NCBI GenBank assembly: GCA_037447605.1
Contig: CM074815.1
Span: forward strand, 868,001-932,000
Direction: 5' to 3'
Origin: Zygnema circumcarinatum SAG 698-1b
Lineage: Eukaryota > Plantae > Zygnematophyceae
Length of the DNA stretch: 64,000 bases
A model generated the notes under the pieces. The model had not been told where the DNA came from and searched no databases. It was given only the letters and a program-made list of their open reading frames with translations. Made by a program: the position numbers and the translations under genes. Shown piece after piece: positions 1-11,349 of the stretch (within the stretch, counting starts at the first letter, position 1; each line of letters opens with the position of its first letter).

Positions 1-150
1 AAAAGGTCTTCGTCGTACCGCGAGAGGCTACAGACCCTACGAGGGAATGCGAGAGGAATCTCGTCTTTAGTACTCCCGAGAATTGGCCGATCCATAGGAA
101 GAATGGGGGCTGCCGACCGCATGGTACATGGTGATCTCTGGGTAGGAGAC
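1..150 (-). mobile_element. Fragment of Ty3/Gypsy family B (region just after the protease); host sequence left of the Copia insertion
   Basis: Reverse complement (gtctcctacccagagatcaccatgtaccatgcggtcggcagcccccattcttcctatggatcggcc) aligns by eye to ~48101-48161 of the Gypsy B copy and continues the host sequence that resumes at 10871. Confidence 0.8.
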
Positions 151-1131
151 TGTTAGTGTATAGTAGTTAGTCACTAGACAAGTTGTTGTTAGGTTATTGA
201 ACATTGTGCGTGTGTTGTGTCATGTGGCCCTTGGCGTGATGTGCGCCTAGACGTGTGAGTGATGCGGACTTTGGTCGATTGGAAGCTGGCCTTGTGGTGA
301 GAGGAGGTGGCGAGCGGCGTGACGATTCGAAATAATGACGTGTATGGGGCCAGCGGCCGCGGTCGCCGAATCAGAGATTGTGGCGTGACAGCATGAAACT
401 GCGCGCCAAATTTGAAAGTGGCGTGGCGGTATTGTACTTTAGATTGATTTGGACTTAGTATGAAGTGGCGTGGTGTCGGCGCGCGATTGAGAATTATGCG
501 AACTCGTAGGTATGCGGTGGCGTGAGATAGCGGTTGTGGCGTCATCTATCTTAGAGGCAAAAGGTGAGATCTCTGGCGCCAAGGCGTGGATTGAAACGAC
601 TGGTAGGATCCGTGAGCCAATTTGAATCGTGTGAGTCACGAGGATCGGCAGTATGAAGTTAAGATCGGGATAGGGCCCTTGCGGGCCGCTGATGCGATGT
701 TGTTAGCTCAAATAGCATGTTATCCCGTGTGTAGTGACATAGTACTTAAGAATTGTTTTGTTGTAGGCAAACAATTCATTGAGCCTGTAGTAGTCTGTTA
801 TCTTTGTTGGGTGTTGGAGCACTACACTTACTTTTCGTCTTTGTGAGGTAGTGGTACGTGAGATTACTGGGTGGCCGATTTGAGAGGGGTCCTCTCAATG
901 TATGAGTGAATTCACTATTAAGGAGTTTTAGAGCCTGGAGCTTTCTCCTATTCATTTCTCTCTGTTATTCCGCTGTGCATTATTTGCTGTGATTCACTCT
1001 GTGAGTAAAATGGGCTATGAGTGAATGTGAGAGATTTGAAGATGTCATCGTCGATTGGAACGCGAACTCCGATGGAGGGTGACCCGAATGGAGGAACGGA
1101 CGGCAGCAGTGGAGGAGTCCCTCCACCAACA
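151..1131 (+). repeat. Copia 5' LTR
   Basis: Starts TGTTAGTGTATAGTAGTTAG, ends CCACCAACA; homologous to 9879-10870. Confidence 0.93.
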
Positions 1132-2378
1132 AGTGGTATCAGAGCTCATGGAGACTCGGAGGACCACGTCAAGTTCAGCATTCCGGCCTTTGATGGGCAG
1201 GATTACAAGGCGTGGAGATGGAGGTTGGTTCCCCTGCTTGTTGGCAAGGGGTTGCTTGGGTATGTTGATGGCAGCATCAAGGCGCCGGAGTTACCGGTTG
1301 GAGCCTCAGCGGAGCAGCAGTCGGAGCACGACGTGGCGCTCGCACGATGGAAAGCCAAGGACAACAAGGCCCTGACGCAGATTGTAATGAGCGTAAGAGG
1401 AAGTCCGTCCTCTATGCTATATGATCTGAAAACCTCTCATGCCATGTGGAGATGCCTAGAGGAAATGTATGATGTAAAAGACAATGTGACGATCGTCAGT
1501 CTTTACACGCAGCTAGGCAAGATGAAGATGACTTCAGATGAGAAACTAGAAGCTTATATGGTCAGGTTTGATGCTCTGATGGAGAGGTTCATAGCCCTTG
1601 GGAAACCATTAGAGGCAGACCATAAGATAAGCCAGTTTCTAGGGGGTTTGACCAGTAGATTCGATGTGGCAGTGGCGGCTTTGAGGACAGTCCTGACTAA
1701 TACCACGATGACTCTTGAGCAAGTCAAGCGTAGGATAAAGGAGGAGGACTCCATTCAGGATGTCGGCAGCCCTGAGGAGAAAGTGCTTGCGTTGCACACT
1801 CGACCGAATCGAAGAGGAGGCGCCCCGAAGTCAGCCCGAGGAGAACGCTCGGCAATTACGTGTTACACGTGTGGCAAGACCGGCCACTACTCCAGCGATT
1901 GCTTCAAGAACAGAGGCAGCCAAGAGAAGGGAGGAAACGCGACTTCATCCGGCAAGAAGGAGAAGAAGGCGTTCGGTGGCACTTGCTTCAAATGCAAGAA
2001 GAGAGGCCACAGGAGTTCAGACTACAAGGTAGCAGTTGAGAACAACCTCATGCTGGCGGAGAATACTGAGAATGCGTTTGTGGGAAGGATTCAGGAAGAG
2101 GATCCGAAGCGGCCGTGGCTGATTGATTTCGGCGCTTCTACGCATATGTGCGGAGACACATCGATGTTCTCCAAGCTCGATAACTTGGAGAAGACACGCT
2201 CAGTCCATTCAGCAACCGGTGAAGGAGTCACCGTGACGAGAGGTGGAGCCGTGAGGATGATACTCGGAGACGGCTCGGTCATCAATGAAGAAGACATACA
2301 AGAGAAGTTGTCAATTGGTGACGTTCTTCACACCCCTGGGCTAAAGCAGAATTTCATGTCTGTTAGCCAAGTGTGTAA
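1042..2378 (+). pseudogene. Copia gag plus aspartic protease region
   Basis: IPAFDGQDYKAWRW...GLLGYVDG N-terminus; CCHC knuckle CYTCGKTGHYSSDC; second knuckle CFKCKKRGHRSSDY (last C lost); protease motif WLIDFGASTHMC; ends at the N gap 2379-2388. Confidence 0.88.
1134..1145 (+). promoter_or_regulatory. Copia primer-binding site (initiator tRNA-Met)
   Basis: TGGTATCAGAGC 2 nt after the LTR end; canonical plant tRNAiMet PBS. Confidence 0.93.
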
Positions 2379-2388
2379 NNNNNNNNNN

Positions 2389-3116
2389 GTTACCTTCTTG
2401 CGACCAACTGTCCCCCCCTCCAGTGGGTAAGCTTTGCTTACCCAGCACTCAGAGGAGCCGCATACCGTGTGTATGAGGGCCTCTCTGATGAGATTGGGGA
2501 CGATTGGGATAAGTTCAGAGATGAACTTATCAAACACTTTGGGGCCTTGGATCCCGGCTTGGAGGCCCGGGATAAGTTTCAGAACATGGTCCAAACCGGC
2601 AGCGTCAAGCAGTTTCTGCGAGACCTGCGACAAGTGGTGCCCCAAATCACCACTCACAAGCCTGGACAGGCTGAGTTCTTTTTCCACTTCAGGAATGGCT
2701 TGAAGCCACACCTGAGGAAGCAGCTAAGAACTAACCCACGGACTCTGAAACCGTGGGACCCCGCTGACTCTGAGCTGTACTTTGATGCAGCCATTCAGTT
2801 GGACACCGCCCCTGCAGGCGATGCAGGCCCTTCCCGACCCCAGCAGAGGTCGGGCGACGTTACAGGGTCGTGGAAGGCGGGACCCTCAGCTCCTGCCAAA
2901 CTGGCAGGAAAGAACAAGCGGAAGCAGCCGGAAGTGGCTGCCCGCCCACCCACTGCACGGCCGCAGAAGTTGACTCCAGAGGAAATGGAGAAGATGCAGC
3001 GGGAGAACAAGTGTTTCCGCTGCCGCAAGGAGGGGCATAAGGCCCGGGATTGCCCTCTCAACACCAAGGACAAGAAGGGCAAGGGGCCGGAAAACCCCAA
3101 CCCACCAGCAGCTTAG
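2389..3116 (+). pseudogene. Chromovirus gag (retrotransposon gag domain plus CCHC knuckle), 5'-truncated by gap
   Basis: WDKFRDELIKHFG...QTGSVKQF...FRNGLKPHLR and CFRCRKEGHKARDC; stop at 3114-3116. Confidence 0.88.
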
Positions 3117-4950
3117 GGGTCGTTGCTGGTGGACATGCTAGGCTAGGGGGAGGGAATGGGGCTGCCATCAAGGATAAGAGACTATTGTTTCTTAGAACCT
3201 CGGACATTCTTAATTTGGTGGGCAGGACTTTGGGAGTGCAAGATCTTTTTGTGTTTGATGTACTCCCTTCTTCCATTTCTCTTTCCCCTGCCACTGTAGT
3301 GACTCCTCCTGGGTTTATGGATGTGGTGATGCATGGTCAATGGAATGTGTTTATCCTCAATGTCATGGGTAATGATGTCTTGGTGAATTGTGCCACGGAT
3401 GCCATGCATGTCATGCGGGACACATCCCATATCCTTGGGCTGCATGTGCTGATTCCTCAGCACTTGGCAGTTCGCACTTTTCCCAACGCCAACTGGCGGT
3501 TGGTGAAACAGTTGAGGAAAGGGCACCCGTTGGTGCAAGAGATGGAAGGATCCACCAGCTTGCTGGTTGGCTCACCCTACACATTGGTGTGGAGGACGGC
3601 TCGTCCTCAACCTTCGCATATAGTGCGATCTATGTTCCACCTTGCCCATCGTGCCATGACCTTCATCGGGTCAGCCAATGGCCACCCAGCAGTTCTACTG
3701 CTAGATACTGGGGCAGATGCTAACTTTGTTAGTTCTGCGTTCACCCAGAGATTTGGGTTGACCACAGATCCCCATTCAGAAAGTGTTACTTTCGGGGATG
3801 GACGCAAGGGCCAGATCTCTGGTAGCGTCACACTCAAGATCAAGCTCCAATCCTACTCCGGGGCAGTCAAGTGTCTTCTAACACAACTGGCCCCTGGTAC
3901 TGATGTTATTTTGGGGAGTGCTTGGTTAACCATGGTCAAAGCACAAATGGACTTTTCTGTCCCACATTGCATTCTGCACAGTGGTGACAGGCGGCTTACC
4001 CTGCACCCTGGCAGAGCCACATCCTCTGCTATCAAGCAGCCTGCTACTCCTTATCTGTGCTCAGCTATGCAATTGGCCAAAGCAGTTAAGGAAGGTTGCA
4101 CCTTGTTCATGGTGCATGTCATGGCAGCCACTGAGGATGTTCATGACGAAGATCAGGAATGGCAGATCACATCTACGGATGTGCTCTCGGCTGTTCCATC
4201 CCAGATCCAACCTCTGTTGGATGAATTCAGGGATGTCTTCCCTGATGACCTCCCAAGGGGGTTGCCCCCATCGAGAGGGGTGGGGCACACAATCCCTCTT
4301 GAGCCTGAGCAAAAGCCGCCTTGGCGGCCGATCTATCGGTTAAGTCCAAAGGAAACCGAGGAAATGCGTAAGCAGTTGACTACTTAACGGGACAAGGGCT
4401 GGATAGAGCCCAGCCAAAGCCCTTTTGGGGCGCCCATCTTGTTTGTCGGCAAGAAAGATGGCTTGTTGAGGATGTGCATTGATTATCGTGCACTCAACAA
4501 GATCACCGTAAAGAATCGATTTGCTTTACCACGTATCGATGATCTGTTGGATCGTCTTCACGGCGCCAAAGTGTTCACATCACTTGATCTTGCTCAGGGG
4601 TATCATCAGATCCGCGTCACGGAAGCTGATGTGCCAAAAACTGTGTTCCGGACGCCGATTGGTCATTTCCAATATAAGGTGTTGCCCTTTGGATTGACTA
4701 ATGCTCCGGCAACTTTCCAGGCTGTCATGAACGAGATGTTCATCGGCATGGACGAATTGGTTTTGGTTTACCTCGATGATATCCTTGTCTTCAGTAAGAC
4801 GGAGGAGGAACATCTTGAACACGTTCGAAAAGTGTTTGAGACCCTGAGGAAACACCAGTTTTATGCCAAGAGGAAGAAGTGTCACTTCATGCAACGTGAG
4901 TTGCTCTATCTTGGGCATATCTTGAATGATCAAGGCCTTCGGCCTGATCC
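3089..4950 (+). pseudogene. Chromovirus pol: unknown N-terminal domain, protease, reverse transcriptase
   Basis: [71 protein letters not shown]. In-frame TAA at 4385-4387. Confidence 0.9.
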
Positions 4951-6150
4951 TGCCAACTGCATCCCCTCACACCTCCTTTTCGGAAATGGGATAGTGTGGG
5001 TATGGACTTGATCACAGATCTTCCTGTGACACCTCGGGGGCATGACTCCATCCTCGTCTTTGTCGATCGACTCAGCAAGATGGTGCATTTTGCACCAACT
5101 ACTAAGACAGCTGGGGCCGACGAGATTGCACGGTTGTATGTTGACAAAGTGTGGAGCCAGCATGGTCTTCAGTCAGAAATTGTGTCTGACCGTGATCCAC
5201 GATTCACCGGCCATTTCTGGACGGAAGTGCTCAAAATCGTTGGGACCAAGCAGGCGTTGAGTACAGCTTTCCACCCGCAAACCGATGGCCAGACGGAACG
5301 GGTGAACAGGATCCTGGAGGATTACCTCCGGCATTATGTGGGACCTACCCCGGATGGGTGGGACGAACTGCTCCCAGTGGCAGAGTACGCCATCAATAAT
5401 GCTTTCCAGGAGTCCATTGGTACCACCCCTTTCTTCTTGAACTTTGGCCAGCATCCTCTAAATCCCCTGCAACCAAGGGATCAGCCCCCTGATCCGTGGA
5501 ACATGGGCGTCCACAGAACCCCCGATCCTTGGAAGCTGAGAGGAACTGATGGGACTCAACCTCCCGCAGTCAGATCTTTTGTCCGGCTAATGTCTGAGGC
5601 GCTGCAGAGGGCACGGCAGACCCTGCTAGCGGCCCAGTCGCGACAAAAGGCCTATGCTGACCGTCACCGTACCCAACTCACCTTCCGTGAGGGCGATGAG
5701 GTGTTGCTAAGTACGGCGAACTTGAGACTCAAAGCTTATGGCGGAACACGTAAGCTGTGGCCCCGTTTCATAGGACCTTTTAAGGTCGTGAAGCGAATCA
5801 ATGATGTCGCTTACAGGTTGGATTTACCATCCCACGTGAAGGTGCATCCGGTCTTTCATGTGGGCTTGCTAAAGGTCTACCGTAGCGATGGGAGGATCCA
5901 GCCACCTCCCCCACCAGTGGAGCTTGAGGGTGAACTTGAGTATGAAGTTGAAACCATTCAAGCCCACCGTCTTGTGAGAAAGGGTCGATCTTCCCGTCAC
6001 GAATACCTCGTGAAATGGTTGGGCTATGGGGTTGAACATAGCACATGGGAAGCCGAGGGCAACTTAACCAATTGCCAGGAGCTCATCAACTTGTACCGGG
6101 AGGCTTATGTCACAGGAGAGGCCGGAGCGCAGGGCGCACGGGGTTCCTGA
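4951..6150 (+). pseudogene. Chromovirus integrase core plus C-terminal chromodomain
   Basis: [43 protein letters not shown], then chromodomain EYEVETI...YLVKWLGYGVEHSTWEAEGNL. Confidence 0.92.
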
Positions 6151-6304
6151 GCCGCCCCCGCAACTCGAAAGGGACTTGACCGATTATCGCCGAGCTCTCC
6201 TTGCTATCACGTAGAGTTCGACGCGTGCCGTTGAAACTACGAGCTGCCTTTACTACCCCACACACGTGAACGAGGGCGTTCACATCCTCACAGGGGGGGA
6301 GTAA

Positions 6305-6720
6305 TGTAGCGAAACGCTACAGTCACCCACGGGAGGTGTACTTAGGGCGCGCTCCGTCCTAGTACTCTCACCCCGGGCGCGGGCCGAGTGGCCAAGGCGT
6401 CGGGGACCACCTAGGACCGGGAAGGGTCCTGGGATCGAACCTTGCGAAGGTTGCAAGGGTTCGATGNNNNNNNNNNGCATTCGTACGTTGTACACCTCTG
6501 ACCCATTCGAGTCAGAGAGGAACACGTGGCGGTCTGCCACTGGACAGCCTTGCTTCCAATCCTCCATGCTGGTAGGAGGTTCAACGGGGGAAGCGTAAAG
6601 GGGCGAGGGTGACTGTCGTCACCCAACCAACGTACCGGCATTCGGTTGCACCCCCGCTCGGGGCTGCGCCACCCTCTGAAGTTCTTGCTCTCTCTCTCTC
6701 TCTCTCTCCGGCCCTCTCTC
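6305..6720 (+). repeat. Chromovirus 3' LTR (gapped; right end uncertain)
   Basis: TGTAGC start 3 nt after the PPT; N gap at 6467-6476; no clear terminal CA before Copia coding resumes. Confidence 0.6.
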
Positions 6721-8364
6721 GCTGAACTCGGAGTGCTGGTGTGTGATTCCGCGCAGACTGAAGAGGCGTTTTTCAGTTGTTACAATGAGAGAGGAGGGCT
6801 GTATTTTCTTGATTACAAGAGGGAGAATTATGAGCATGCCAATGCAATCTCAGAGAATGCCGTAGATGTATGGCATAGAAGACTTGGTCACTTACACCAT
6901 AGAGGAATGCAGTAGTTGGCTGAGAAGGGGTTAGTCCGTGGGCTAGACCCGGGTGTAGTGGAGAAGGAGCTTGGGTTGTGCCAGGAGTGTGTGGAGGGCA
7001 AGGCGCACAAGAGACCATTCGTGAGGAGTGGAGACGGGTCCTATCGAGCGCGAGAGAAGTTGGAATTGGTACATTCTGACTTGTGTGGCCCAGTTACACC
7101 GGCGACCAACGGCGGAGCACGTTACTTCGTCACGTTCCTCGACGATTACTCGAGGAAGATTTGGATTACGCTCCTCAAGGACAAGTCGGAGGCTTTCGGA
7201 GCCTTTCGAGATTGGCTGAACCAGGCGGAGACAAAATCAGGACAGAAGCTGAAGGCTTTGCGCTCAGACAATGGCGGCGAATTCAAATCGAAGGAGTTCG
7301 CAGGGTTCCTGAAGAACCGCGGTATAAGGCATGAATTCTCTGCCCCCTATTCCCCTCAGAGCAATGGAGCAGCTGAGCGAGTGAATCGGACATTGGGGGA
7401 CATGGCTCGGACCATGTTGATTGATTCCCCCTTTCCAGCTTCTTTTTGGGGAGAAGCGGTTTCTACTGCTGCGTACATTAGAAACAGGTGTCCGTCTTCT
7501 GTTCTGAAAGACCAGGTCCCTGAGCAGATGTGGAGTGGGAGGAAGCCCACAGTTTCCCACCTGAGGACCTTTGGCGCGCGATGCTGGGCTGCACTGCCCA
7601 AGGCGCGACAGAAGAAGAAATTCGACCCTCGAGCGGTGGAGGGTTATGTTCTCGGCTATAACACCAACAGCCGCACGTATAGGGTGTGGAACCCTCGACT
7701 GCAGGAAGTCCTGAGCACGAGGGACATTACAGTTGATGAGGGAAGTGCTGTTGAACGTGTTGCAGACTCTCAGATTTTTCCTCCAGTGAAAGCGGATTTC
7801 AAGATCGTGTATGAGGAGGGAGAGACAAGTGGAGAGCGTGATGTCACTGTGCAGGATGCCAGCACATCACAGAGCGAAGGAGCCGAGCTAGCAGCTGCGT
7901 CAAGCCAGCCTGCTGAAGTTGGAGAGTCGCCAGAAGAGGCGCATGCGGAGGGGCCGCAAAATTCGACGGAGACGATTCCACTGCACTCTCAGTCCAGTGG
8001 AGAAGAGGAGAACTCCGTGGAGACGGTGCCGCTGCACACGCAAGAGTCTGAGGACCTTGAAGCGGCCGAGAGAGAGGCTATGTTAGCTAACATGCCTCCA
8101 GGTTTTGTACCCGGACTCTACTTCTATCCGAGAGGACGAAGCGCGAAGGAGATTCGGAAGAGCAGTCGGGACAGGAGGCGACCAGATCGGTATTCGCCTG
8201 AGAACAACCTCATCCAAGAAAGAGTGCCTTCAGATTCAGCTGACCTCGTGGGAGTTGCCCATTGCTTTATGATCACGCGAACCACGCACCTTGGAGGAAG
8301 CCGCATCTACCTGAAAGTCGACATGGCGACAAATGGCGGTGGGCGCATCGATGTCGTTTTGTGA
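6721..8364 (+). pseudogene. Copia gag-pre-integrase and integrase
   Basis: GLYFL, WHRRLGH, CQECVEGK, LELVHSDLCGP, ALRSDNGGEF, PQSNGAAERVNRTL, KKFDPRA. TAG at 6913-6915 interrupts the frame. Confidence 0.92.
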
Positions 8365-8399
8365 CAGCCTTGATGTAGAACGCGACGCGGAGGTGTTCG

Positions 8400-9860
8400 A
8401 GGAGCTTCTCAAGGGAGGCAGCTATTGGTCGCAAAATGGGTCTTCGCAAAGTCGCGAGGAAGTAATTTTAAGCGGGATGATACAAGTTAGCGCGCTTAGT
8501 GGCAAAGGGATACGCCCAGAAGTATGGAGTTGACTACGTGGAGACTTTCGCTCCAGTGGTAAAGTTCAACTCCTTGAGAGCCTTGATTTCCATCGCAGCG
8601 GCTGAAGGAATGCATGTCCATCAGCTGGACATCAAGACGGCATTCCTGTACGGAGATCTAACGGAAGAGATCTATATGGAGCAGCCGGAGGGGAAGGTGG
8701 TCCCAGGAAAGGAACACCTAGTCTGTCGACTAGTGAAGAGCCTATATGGTTTGAAGCAGGCGCCCAGAGTGTGGTACGAGAAGATAGATGATCTTCTGAG
8801 GAGGAATGGTTTCGACCGATTCGAAACAGATCATTCCGTGTACCGTCAAGGAGAGGGGGCGGACATCATGTTCGTCGGGATCTACGTTGATGATCTCATA
8901 ATGGTGAGCCTCTCGCTTGAAAGAATCAGTTCCTTGAAAGAGTTGCTTCAAGCAAATTTCAAGATGTCAGATTTGGGGGAGGCGCAGTATCTGCTTGGGA
9001 TGCAGCTGAAGAGGGGGCAAGATGGCAGCTTATTCTTGTGTCAGAAGAAGTATGCATCGGATGTTCTTGCCCGGTTCCACATGGAAGATTCTAGGCCGTG
9101 CTCCAGCCCGATGGAGATAGGCGCTAGATTGTCGAAGGAGATGTCACCTTCGAGTGCAGCAGAGGCACAGAAGATGTTCGGTGTGCCTTACAGGTCTGCA
9201 ATTGGGAGTCTGATGTACCTGATGATTGGAACGCGTCCGGATCTGGCGAAAGCAGTGAGCTCGGCCAGCCGATTCATGGAGAATCCGGGCCTCGAGCATT
9301 GGGAGGCCGTAAAAAGGATATTCAGATATGTGAGAGGGACGCTTGATTATGGGATCAGGTATGAGAGGGGGCCAACCAGAGTGATTGGCTATACAGACTC
9401 AGATTGGGGAGGAGATGTCGATACGTCACGCTCGACTTCAGGTTTCATTTACCTGTATGGAGGTGGAGCGATTTCGTGGAGCTCCAAGTTGCAGGACTCG
9501 GTAGCGTTATCGAGTACAGAGGGCGAGTACATGGGTGCTTGTCATGCTGCAAAGGAGGGCGTATGGTTCCAGCAGTTCTTTGATGAATGCAAGAGAGAAC
9601 AACGCCCGATTACCTTGTTCACCGATAATCAATCATCGATTGCCCTGGTGGGAAACCCGGTGTTTCACAAGCGGACCAAGCACATCAGAGTGCAGTACCA
9701 TTATGTACGGGAGTTGGTCGAGGAGGGTTTGATCGATGTGAAGTTCGTAGGNNNNNNNNNNACGAAGGAGCAAGCCGCCGATATGCTGACGAAAGGAGTT
9801 AGCGGAGAAACCCTGCTGGTGAATGGCAGGTTGGTTGGGCTGGGGCCCATGCAAAACTAA
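8400..9860 (+). pseudogene. Copia reverse transcriptase and RNase H
   Basis: YGVDYVETFAPV, VHQLDIKTAFLYG, SLYGLKQAPR, GIYVDDLI, GYTDSDWGGD, FTDNQSS, RTKHIRVQYH, QAADMLTK. Confidence 0.93.
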
Positions 9861-9878
9861 AGTCCCAAAGAGGGGGAT

Positions 9879-10870
9879 TGTTAGTGTATAGTAGTTAGTC
9901 ACTAGACAAGTTGTTGTTGGGACATTAGTTTTGTGTGCGTGTGTTGTGTGTGTGGCCCTTGGCGGCGATGTGCGCCTAGACCGACGGGCGGCGGTACGGA
10001 CTTTGGTCGGTGGAGAGGCGCGGCGCGGCGGAGTCAGAATTGACGAGGCGCGACGCGACGATTCGAAATGTGACGTGGCGTCACGCGCTGCGGCTGCCAA
10101 TCGCAGTTGTGATGTGACGCCGCAAACGCGCGTGTCGAAGTGACGTGCGCGGCGCCAGCCTTTGGATCTGGCTGATCGGGACTGGGCGCGAAGTGGTGCG
10201 GACACGTCGGCGCGCCATCAGACTGTATGGAGCTGCGTCGATTGTCGAGGTGTCAGACGACCGCGAGGATTGACGTGCCACCCACCGCAGGCAAGGCGAG
10301 ACCCTACGGCGCAGACGTGGATCGACGGAAGCCGAGCCGGATCCCACGGAAGCAAAAGGCGCACCCCGTGTGAGCTCACGAGGATCGACGGCGAACACTG
10401 AATCGGGAGAGGGCCCCCAGGCCGCTCGGCTAGTCCATGTTGTTACTCCGCACATGTTGTCACGTGTGTAGTGACATAGTACTTAAGGATTGTTTTTGTT
10501 GTAGGCTAACAATTCATTCAGGCTGTAGTAGTCTCTGTTATGCTGTTCGCTCGTGTTGCGACACTACACTTACTCGTGCTGTGAGGTAGTGAGCTGTGAG
10601 ATTACTTGGGTGGCCGATTTGAGAGGGGGTCTCTCAATGTATGAGTGAATTCACTATTAAGGAGTTTTAGAGCCAGGAGCTTTCTCCTATTCATTTCTCT
10701 CAAGTATTCCGTCGCAGTATTATCATAGGATTCACTCTCAGGAGTAAAATGGGCTATGAGTGAATGTGAGAGATTTGAAGATGTCATCGTCGATTGGAAC
10801 GCGAACTCCGATGGAGGGTGACCCGCATGGAGGAACGGACGGCAGCAGTGGAGGAGTCCCTGCACCAACA
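9879..10870 (+). repeat. Copia 3' LTR
   Basis: Follows PPT AAAGAGGGGGAT; same termini as the 5' LTR; followed by the TSD GAGAC. Confidence 0.93.
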
Positions 10871-11339
10871 GAGACCTGCGCCGTGGCGTGGCGTTTGGGG
10901 AAGGCGGAGGTGGCAAGGGACTCGAGGATGATGGGGAAGGAGCAGTCTGTCCCGCCAGCAGATAAGTGCAGCTGACACGTAGCAAAGTCGATTTGTGCTC
11001 CCATCGCGATGAGCCAATCTGAGCCCAGCAGGATAGAATAGTGCTCAGCGGCCGTGATGACCGCATTCACCGTGGCTCCCATCTCGCCAAGGCTGATGAT
11101 CACTTGGGCACTGCCCAATCCTTCATGTAGACTCCCCTCAACCCCCACATATCGGGGAATGGGCTCGAGCGTCTTGTCCAACTTAACCCCTGCAGCCTTC
11201 ATCACTGGCTTGGACAGAACTGTGCGCATAGCTCCTGTGTCGATCATGGCCTTGCTGGGATGACCGTTTAGCCATACATTGACAATGATTCGCACGTTGG
11301 GTGTTGGGATCAGAGGGAGGACATGAATCTGGCGAGGAG
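10871..11339 (-). mobile_element. Gypsy family B retropepsin region (host sequence right of the Copia)
   Basis: Minus-strand VWLNGHPSKAMIDTGAMRTVLS...ILLGSDWL; homologous to ~47700-48100. Confidence 0.88.
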
Positions 11340-11349
11340 NNNNNNNNNN

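Larger units (their letters stand above)
2389..6720 (+). mobile_element. Ty3/Gypsy chromovirus (family A), internally deleted, apparently nested in the Copia
   Basis: gag, protease (LLDTGAD), RT (LVYLDDIL), integrase, chromodomain, PPT AGGGGGGGAG at 6292-6301 and LTR from 6305. Left boundary is an N gap and the right boundary (~6720) is approximate. Confidence 0.85.
151..10870 (+). mobile_element. Ty1/Copia LTR retrotransposon, full length but disrupted
   Basis: TG...CA LTRs at 151-1131 and 9879-10870. 5-bp TSD GAGAC at 146-150 and 10871-10875. PBS at 1134-1145, PPT at 9867-9878. Domain order gag-PR-INT-RT-RH. Stops/frameshifts near 6913 and 8300-8500. Confidence 0.95.

Noticed and set aside
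189-1000. Short ORFs in LTRs and antisense to pol genes throughout the window
   Set aside because: No domain motifs; they are explained by GC-rich repeat sequence or by overlap with real coding frames.
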